This document shows, piece by piece, positions 55,461 to 64,000 of a stretch of DNA of 64,000 bases; the first letter of the stretch is position 1, and each line of letters begins with the position of its first letter. Source of the stretch: the human T2T-CHM13v2.0 reference genome, Homo sapiens. Location: NCBI RefSeq assembly GCF_009914755.1, contig NC_060925.1. The stretch is one strand, 5' to 3'. The position numbers were made by a program, and so were the translations under genes. The notes beneath the pieces were generated by a model. The model saw only the letters and a program-made list of their open reading frames with translations, did no database searches and was not told the DNA's origin.

Positions 55461-55673
55461 ATTTACAATCCTAAAAAAAAGGAGGAAAAGGAGGGCAAAA
55501 GTTTAAACCAGCACTTTAGAAAAGAAGACATCCAAGGGGCCAATAAGCAAATGAAAACATACTCAATCTCAGCAGTTTTCAGATAAAAACAAATTAAATG
55601 CAGAAGAATGTCACTGCACAACAATCAAAATGACAAAATGTAAAAAGACACTATCAAGTGCAACCAAGGTGGC
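55461..55673 (+). mobile_element. Old L1ME ORF2 fragment (right part)
   Basis: AAAGAAGACATCCAA.GGGCCAATAAGCAAATGAAAA continues the 48000-48471 piece. Confidence 0.75.
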
Positions 55674-56059
55674 ATGGAAAACAGTGTGGAGATTCCTTAA
55701 AGAACTAAAAGTAGAACTTTTCTCCTACTAGGTAATGCAGAACACTAACATTATAATGCATTACCTAGCATTATAATGCACTAGCTAACACTAACAGGAA
55801 AACAGGATTATTTAGGTGTGTGAGTCACTCTTATTTTGCTTTTTCTTGTTTTTATTTACCTTGTTTTTTAGTAGGCAAAACTAATCTAAATTCAACAAAT
55901 GTAGTATTTGGGTTCATATCACCTAAATATATTCCTCTTTTATCCAAGGATTATCTAATTATTAATACCAAAATATGCCTTTAGCACTAAGTAGATAAAA
56001 ATTAAGAAACATGAGAAGAAATAAACATAACATTACTAAATATTAAAACATCTTTGAAA

Positions 56060-56720
56060 AATAATTAATTTTTCAATAATTGACATCATAGTTTAAATAA
56101 AAACAATATAACAATGAAACATGATGATTATAGCAAAGGTAGAAGTAAAATGTGTTTCAGCAGTAGCAGGAGGGCCAGGAAGAAAGCCCTGGAAGGAAGC
56201 AGATTGATGCAAAAGAAGTTGGGGTTTTGCCACTATTTTCGATGGCAAAAACCCCAATTACTTTTGCACCAACCTAATACATTACGGCAAGCCTTTTATC
56301 ATACATGAAGAGATATGATATCAGTTGAAGGCAAACACTTATGTTAAATATGTAATTATAAACCTTATTGCAATCACTAAAATAACAAGCAAAAACTGAT
56401 AGCTAATACATACAAAAAAAGAATCACAAAAAATACTATATTCTACATAATACAGAAAACGGGAAAACTGGGAACAAAAAAATAGAGGTAACAAAAAGCA
56501 TACAAAAATGAGTGCATACTATATGATTTCATTCATAAAAATTTCTAGAAAATGCAGACAATTTATAATGACGGGAGGCAGATCATTGTTCGACTTTAGA
56601 TAGTAAAAGGGGATTAAGGGAAAGGCAGAGGGAAAGATTAAAAGGAGCACTAGGAAGATTTTGAGGAAGAGGGAAATGTTCATACCTTCATTGTGGTAAT
56701 AGCATTTTATTTATATCTAA
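56060..56720 (+). mobile_element. Old L1M fragments (inter-ORF region and 3' end)
   Basis: TATAAACCTTATTGCAATCACTAAAA; ATACTATATGATTTCATTCATAAAAATTTCTAGAAAATGCA. Confidence 0.6.
56201..56277. mobile_element. MADE1 (Hsmar1-derived MITE)
   Basis: Palindromic ~80 bp ending GGCAAAAACCCCAATTACTTTTGCACCAACCTAA+TA. Confidence 0.92.
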
Positions 56721-58770
56721 AAATTCTGGCGGTTATCTCCATTTTCAGATTACATTGTATGAAACATTGGAAAAGAAAAGACAATATATCATTGCTAAAT
56801 GGTAATCAGAATTTTCCTTTTTGTAATGGTTAATTATGCAGTGTAGTTAAAATGCACTTTTTATTGTAATGAATATTAGTTATTGAACAAATTACTATGT
56901 ATTAAACAGCTTGCTATATGTTTTATATGGTTTGCTTCCCTTAATAGGTGTCTTAATAATACATTTGCAAAGAATGCATAATTTATTTAAGAAAGGAATT
57001 TGCAGCTTCTAGGGGTAGCTTATACGATACAGGAAGACATGAAGCAGATTTTGGTTTCAAAGTGGTTTGCACTTTCATTACAGTGTAGAGGACTTGTTTA
57101 GTTTTTGAATGTGCATGGGAACTTCACAATTTTTAAGAATTTAAAATGATGCAATATAAGCAGTTTGGTTTTATTTATTTAAAAATTATTTTAAAAACAC
57201 GTATTTTTGTGTTTTATATAGCTTTTTCTATTTTTTCTTTTCCTGTATCCTCCCTCTTAAAGTCTTATTGAATAACTTGCCATTACTCTTCTTTCTCTCT
57301 TTTGAAGCAATCTATTTCATTTTTCTTCTAGCCTTACAATTTCTATTTCTTTACAGATCCAGGTTTACTATTCAATAAACTTGTGAAAATCTTCAATGAG
57401 CAATGATGAAGCAAAGCATTTATATATTGATAAGATACACACATGGTTAATACTCATCTAGAATATTGATTTTGCTTTTAGCTAACTCCTGTGGGAAAAA
57501 AATTTATAACCTGCTTGACTAGAAATTATCAACAAAAAACATTGTAAGTAGACTAAAATTGTTCAGAAAAAAATAAGAAATAATAGACTTGCTTGAGATT
57601 GTTAAACCAATGTAAGAAGGACTGAAAGATTTTTTTTCTTAATTCAGAGAAATAAAGAGCTCGCTCTAGTTCTCATACATTACACACATAAAACAATTTA
57701 AATGTCTGCAGATAATTTAATTAAGCAATAATGTAGATTATGTTAATTGCTTTTATTGAAAAAGTAGAGAGAATTCTACTGAGAGGGAAAATATCTTCAG
57801 TTTTAAGGCGATTACATAGAAATATCCTCTATATTTTAAATTTTTTTTATGTATAAGTTAACCCACTCAACATTTTTGCATGAGGCATTATGGTAGGTTT
57901 AGAGGGCATAATAGCAAAATTGTAGTTCTCTATTCCAAAATGCTCATTCTCTAGTGGATTGGAAAGACAGGCCATAAGGTATTTACGAACAATGAAAAGG
58001 GGTGTCATGGAGATGCGAGCAGATTGCTGTGGTTTATTGCTGAGTTCTTACCAACCAAATAATTCACTGAGTTTAAGGTAGATAATAAATTTAAGAGATG
58101 ACTAATCATTAAATGAATAATATGACACTTTAGAGTTAGAGTTCTTATTTATATCATAGAAACCCATGATCAATTTCATTTTTCTTCAAATTGGCATTCA
58201 CTCTGCTGTGCATTCAAAACTTCCCAAACTGCTAATTCAGCTGTATAAGCTCATCTGGCCTTCTCTTCGACAACCATGGCTATTCTAGCCAAAATATAAG
58301 CTCACTCCCTCACTTTTGACTATTCTTTCTTGTTTTGTCATGATTAAATAAGTTTCATGTTTCAATCTACTACTGAACTGTGACACAGGCACAATTGAAA
58401 GAATGAACAATGTTTGGCCTGATAGAGGACAATGAATCGTTACTATAAGTAAAATAGATCAGGCATATTCTGCATGAATCTGAAAAGTCAAATTAAAAGT
58501 ATGTTGAAATTATTGTAGAATTTAACTAATAGTTTGGCCAATATTAAATATCGATCAGTGTACTAGATGCTTTTGAAAATATTTTATTTATTACAGAGAT
58601 ATTAACACATTTCATAAACACAAGATTAGGACATGAACCACTTTAAAAATTAAACAAAGCTGAACAACTTAAAGACATTAGTAAGAAAATAAGTCTTTTG
58701 TAGTCTCTTTTTTGTAGAGATTTAAAAGGGTAAATTTATAAAAATAAGTATATGTTGCTTGTAGAAGAAA

Positions 58771-60970
58771 CACTGGTAACTATCATTCTACCCTATACCA
58801 CAATGAGACCAACTTTTTTAGTTCTCACATCTGAGTGAGACCATGCAATATTCGTCTTTCTAACTTAATTCACTTAACAGAATGACCTCCAGTTCTATCT
58901 ATGTTGCTGCAAATGACAGAATTTCATTCTTTTTTTTATTGCTGAATAGGAGAAATACTGAATAGCACCCTAAATACACAGCAGTATATATACTTCATTT
59001 TTTAAATCCATTCATCTTTTAATGGACATGTAGGTTGATTCCAAGTTTTTGCTACTGTGAATAATGCTGCAGTAAAGATAGAAGTGCAGATATTTTTGAC
59101 ATACTGATTTAATGTCCTTCCTGCATATACATACATAATAAGTGGGATTGCTAGGTCCTATGACGAGAGTGGATTGTTGACCCCAATTATTATTCTTTTG
59201 GACTCCAGCTCTACCTTTGATCTAGTAATATTTGCTTTACATATCTTGGTACTCTGGTCTTCAGTACACTTATATTCAGAATTGTTATATCCTCTTGTTG
59301 AATTGACAACTTTATTATTATATAATGACCTTCTTAGTCTCTTTTTACTATTTATGACTTAAGGCCTCTTTTATTTGATATAGGTATAGCTATACCTGCT
59401 AACTTTTGGTTTGCTTTTCCACCCCTTCACTTTCAGTCTATATGTGTCTTTACTGGTGAAGGGAGTTTCTTGTAGGCAGCATATAGATGGGTCATATTTT
59501 TTAATCTATTCATGGAGTCTACATATTTTAAGTGGGGAATTTAATTGATTTACATTCAAGATTATTATTGATAGGTGAGGAATAATTTCTATCATTTTGC
59601 TAATTGTTTTCTGGTTGCTTTGTATATCCTTTGTTCTTTACTTTCTCTCTTATTATGTATCATGAGGTTTGGTGGTTTAACATAATGGTAACACTTGAAT
59701 CCCCTCTCTTTCTCATTTGTGTATCTGTTGTGCCTATGGGTTTTATACTTTGCTGTGTTTTCATGATAGTAGATATTATCCCTTTACTTCCAGATGTAGA
59801 ACTAACAAGCATTTTTTATAGGATCAGTTTAGTGGTGATGAATATCCTCTTTTTTTTTGGTCTGGAAAAGACTTTATTTCTCCTTCATTTTCAAAGAAAA
59901 CCTTTGCTGAACATAGTGTCTTTGGTTCACTTTTTTTTTCTTTTTAGGACTTTTAATATATTATCTAATTCTCTCCTGGCCTGTAAGGTTTCAGCTGAGA
60001 TATCAGCTGTTAGACCAGTTGGGATTTCCTTATATGTGACTTGAAGTCTTTGCTACCTTTTTATAGAATTCTCTGTTTACTTTTGACAGTTTGAGTATAA
60101 TTTGCCTTAATAAGACCTCTTTAGATTGAATCTATTTGGAAATCTTTAGACTTCCTGTATCTGGATGTCCATATCACTTTCAAGACTTGGAAAGTTGTCA
60201 GCTATTATTTCATTAAACATATTTTTATGCCCTTTCTCATCTCTTCTTCTGGAACTCCCAAATTTAAATATTTGGTTGCTTTATGGTGTTCATATGTCAT
60301 GTAGGCTTTATTCGTTCTTTTTATTTACTGACTACATTATTTTAAAAGGCTTGTTTTTAAGTTCAGAAATTCTTTCTTCTTCTTGATCTAATCCATTGTT
60401 GAAACTCTAAATTGGTTTTTTCCTCTTTGTTGAAATCCACAGTTCCAGAATTTCTGCTTTTTTTAATGATATATATTCTCTTTGTTAAATTTCTCACTCA
60501 GATCATGAATCCCTTTTCTGATATTTTACCTGTGTTGTTTTTCTGTGTTATCTTGTATCTCACTGAGCTTCTCTAACATCATTATTTTGAATACTTTTTC
60601 AGGCATTACAGACATTTTCTTTTCTGGAGAAATTATTGTGTTCATTTGGAGGTGTCATATTTCTTTGCTTTTTCATGGTTCTTATGTCCTTACATTGATA
60701 TCTGTGCATCTGGTGTAACAGTCACTTTTTCCACTTTCATAGATGGGTTTTCAGAGGAAAATACATTTTTCTAGGTATTTATAGTGCTGGTTAGGTAGGG
60801 TGCTTTGGCTTTGATTATGTCCTATCCTCAGGCTCCCAGATGATGTGTGTGGGTGCCTGTGGTGGTGGATAGGGCAGGTGGATGCTCAGGCTCCTGGAAA
60901 GCATGCTCAGGAACCAGTGGCAGTTGCTAGAGCAGACATGTTCACAAATTCTTGGACAATCATATGGGTG
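58771..60970 (-). mobile_element. L1MA/L1M2-type element with a large internal ORF2 deletion
   Basis: 3' region (58771-59162) is fused directly to EN-start, ORF1 and 5'UTR sequence (59163-60970). Confidence 0.8.
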
Positions 60971-60999
60971 TTTAAAGCAAATGTTTAAATTTTCCTCTA

Positions 61000-61560
61000 T
61001 GGTCTCTCGCCCAACAAATCATTCTAATACATCCATTGCATCTTATCATATACTTGTTTAAAAAGTGTCAATGTCTATCTGTTACAAAGAAGGTAGAGGT
61101 CAAACTATTTAGCTCATCAATTTCAATCTCTCCTAAACCTAATCCACTCTTTTTAACCAATCTCTAAATCTGCTTTTCAATTCTATCAAGTTACTCCAGA
61201 ATCAAGACATAATTGAATGTAAGTCTTTCTGGTTGCTTTATCTTTGGTGTCTATTTGTGGCTCTTTATCTAACTAAACACAACCTTCAAGATATTATTTG
61301 AATTTCACTTTAATTTGCCCCCCCAATTTTATAATATTAATCTATATAATCTCCTTATAGCTGACCTTAGATTACATTTTTCATCCTTACGAAGCTTTTG
61401 GTAATTATATACTTCTTTAAGTTTTTAAATGGCTAATTTAAGTCTTATCTATGCTATCAAATTGTAACTAATGGACCTACCTTCCATTTATCTTATTTTC
61501 ACTGTTATAGAAAATAATTCATTTGGTGTATAATAAATAAATACAAACTTGTTGAATGAC
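61000..61560 (+). mobile_element. Diverged L2 fragment with 3' end
   Basis: Pyrimidine-rich; ends ...AAACTTGTTGAATGA. Confidence 0.4.
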
Positions 61561-62204
61561 TTTTTGCATTTAAGAAACATAGCCTATCCATATTTAACAC
61601 TGCATATTGCTTACTTTCTATTAACTCCATATTTTCCAAAAAATTCATATCTAAGAGAATATAGAATTCTTTTAAAGGTAAACTTCTATAACTTAAGGCA
61701 ATTTGATGAATATATATATATCATATTCAAAATGCTATAAATGACATTTTCTTTAACTCCATCAGTTTTCTTATGCTCAATTATTTTTATTGATATCACT
61801 TTCTAAGTCCCATAAGTTTTGAAATAATTTTATTTCTCCCATATTTGGTAGGTATCACTCAGATCCAGTGAATTGCCAAGATCCATAGTTTTCAGCTTCA
61901 AAATAATCTAATTTGTTTTCCTCTACATAAATTAGAAGACAATGCTCATTTGTCTTTACTTAAATGCCATACTCTTACTCTAAGCTATATTCAAATATCC
62001 ATAGTCAGTGTTATCTAAATGCATATTCTAATCCATATATCAAACTCATTTCCGACTATAATTTGGACTGTTGAAAATTTGTTTCTATTTTGAAGCTATT
62101 CCTTGTGGTCCAACCAGATTTGAATAAATTCAGTATTTAATTTTACGTATGTGTTAAATCATGATAATGACATTTAGCATTCCACATGCCCCTACTTTTA
62201 ACCT

Positions 62205-62320
62205 AGCATATTTTATTGCCTAAATAACATTTTGTTGTGAACAATCACAAAATCTCAGTGGCATACAATAATAAATATTTATTTTACTCACAAATGCATG
62301 GTTTGATCTAGGCATAGCTA
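62205..62320 (-). mobile_element. MLT1 LTR fragment
   Basis: CAAAATCTCAGTGGCATACAATAATAAATATTTATTTTACTCAC. Confidence 0.6.
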
Positions 62321-64000
62321 ATCTCTTATTTATGTACCTGTATATGTATATATATATATAGATTGATTTATTTTACTTATGTGGTTTAATGATTATAAAT
62401 TAAATCATTCAGTATTATGGTTATTAAAATAAACTTTATTCATTTAATCAGAAATGTCTTTATATATGATTATCTTTGCATTCAAATAAAAATATTCCTA
62501 TGTACAAATATATTATTATATCCCATTTTATTACCAGCAACCAAATTATCTGTTGGGATTCAACATGCTGTATCTACTGAAAATTAAGCAACTACATCAT
62601 TTGGCTTCATTTATACTTTATCTTCTCTACCACTAAGAACCTTATCTAACATGCCAGCATGAACTTTAAAATGCTTTATCTTGAGCCAAGGATTCAGTGC
62701 ATACTGACAAAATATCCTGATTTCAGTTGGTGAAATTTCTAAAAGGCAATCTGCAGTGGCCATTATCTCTCTAATAGTTTTATTGGAAAATTAGATAATG
62801 TTGGCTGTTCTAGTTAGTGTTTGTCATTTTCATGTTTTAAAAAATTTTTATTCATATAGACTTGACAGGAGAAATATTATTTGTTTAAAAAATTGATTAA
62901 ATGGTACTTTAACTTATTTTTCTTTTCATCTTTCTAATATATCTTTCAATCAATTCTTCTGGCTAGACTTATTTTAAATTTTTGCCATCTTGTTGAATGT
63001 CCTAACTTCAGGCCTCATAAAAGTTAAATCCTGTTATCTAAGACATCCATGAAGAAAATTTAGGAGCAAGAAATTTGCAGGTCTTCTCATGGGATTAAAA
63101 AAATAAGAAAATAAAAATCTCAATATAATTCTAGTCTACTTTATGCACATAATCCATTGCCCATGGGTTGAATACATAGCAATTATAGAAAAATAATGGA
63201 TTAAATGTGTAAACTGCACAATTCCACTCTAATTCTCACAAAGTATTAAAAAAAACCTCAAAATTATAGTTGTTCTAATGATGTGAATTATTTGCATGTC
63301 TTTTTGTTGATTACAGTTCATTTCATTTGATATTCTAGCTATTTTGATTACATGTATATTTCGTAGTAGAAATATATAAAGACTTAGCCATGATTCATAA
63401 AATAAAGGCATATATTAAGTATCTCTCAAATATGTTATAAACATGAACTTATTATTAGGTCTTGAAATTTCTTATTCAATCAAATATGACCATAAGCAGT
63501 TTACTGTAACATAGATTTTTGAAAGCAAATTTTAAGTTATGAATGTAATTTCATTAATTTATGGAGATATATACAAATTAATAAATATGTAAACATTTAC
63601 AATTATACAAAATATAAAATAGCAACGCATTGCTCACTGTGAATATTGCTTTTACATTCAAATAAAATGTGATGGCTAAAAATATTTTCTTATTTTTAGT
63701 TAAGATTTTGAGAAAATAGTGATATTGATATTTAGAAAGTTGTTGTAAAATGCAAACAACTGGCTCATTAGACAATTATTGTATACTGCAATCAGGTCAG
63801 AGAAAAGCAATTGCAAAAGAAAGATACTTTTGGTCAAGTCAATCTTAGCAAGTGATCCATGGCAAAGAATGAGGCAAAAACTCATCTCTTTTGACAAAAC
63901 AGGAGAAAATGTTGTCCCTGTTGTTGCAGAAGCAACAGGGGTAGAAATAGTGAGTGCCAAAACCCAAAGCAGATAGATTAATTTAGTCAATAAGAGCCTA

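Overview
This window is AT-rich primate genomic DNA, probably human: it carries AluJ/S/Y, Hsmar1/MADE1, THE1C, L1PB and older L1M, L2, MIR and MLT fossils. It looks gene-poor, either intergenic or deep intronic. I find no supportable protein-coding gene, tRNA, rRNA, snRNA or CRISPR array. The ORF track entries I can recognise are transposon fragments (Alu antisense frames, Hsmar1 transposase, L1 ORF2, THE1-int, ERVL pol); the rest look like chance ORFs. The main structures are an ancient ERVL gag-pro-RT remnant interrupted by a near-complete Hsmar1 (about 1.8-5.3 kb), a solo LTR8-type LTR with TSD, a complete THE1C provirus with TSD (42759-45065), and a nested stack of old L1ME > internally deleted MLT2/ERVL > near full-length L1PB with TSD (48.0-55.7 kb). 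There are also two 5'-inverted (twin-primed) L1 insertions and nine Alus. I see no convincing new biological system. The most unusual signals are small DNA-repair or template-switch scars: a patchwork junction at 55674-55807, a fold-back tandem expansion inside Hsmar1, and foreign filler next to a MADE1. A CpG-retaining double palindrome in apparently unique DNA (14873-14993) could be a conserved regulatory element. Subfamily names come from recalled consensus sequences and need RepeatMasker/Dfam confirmation. Boundaries of old repeats are approximate.
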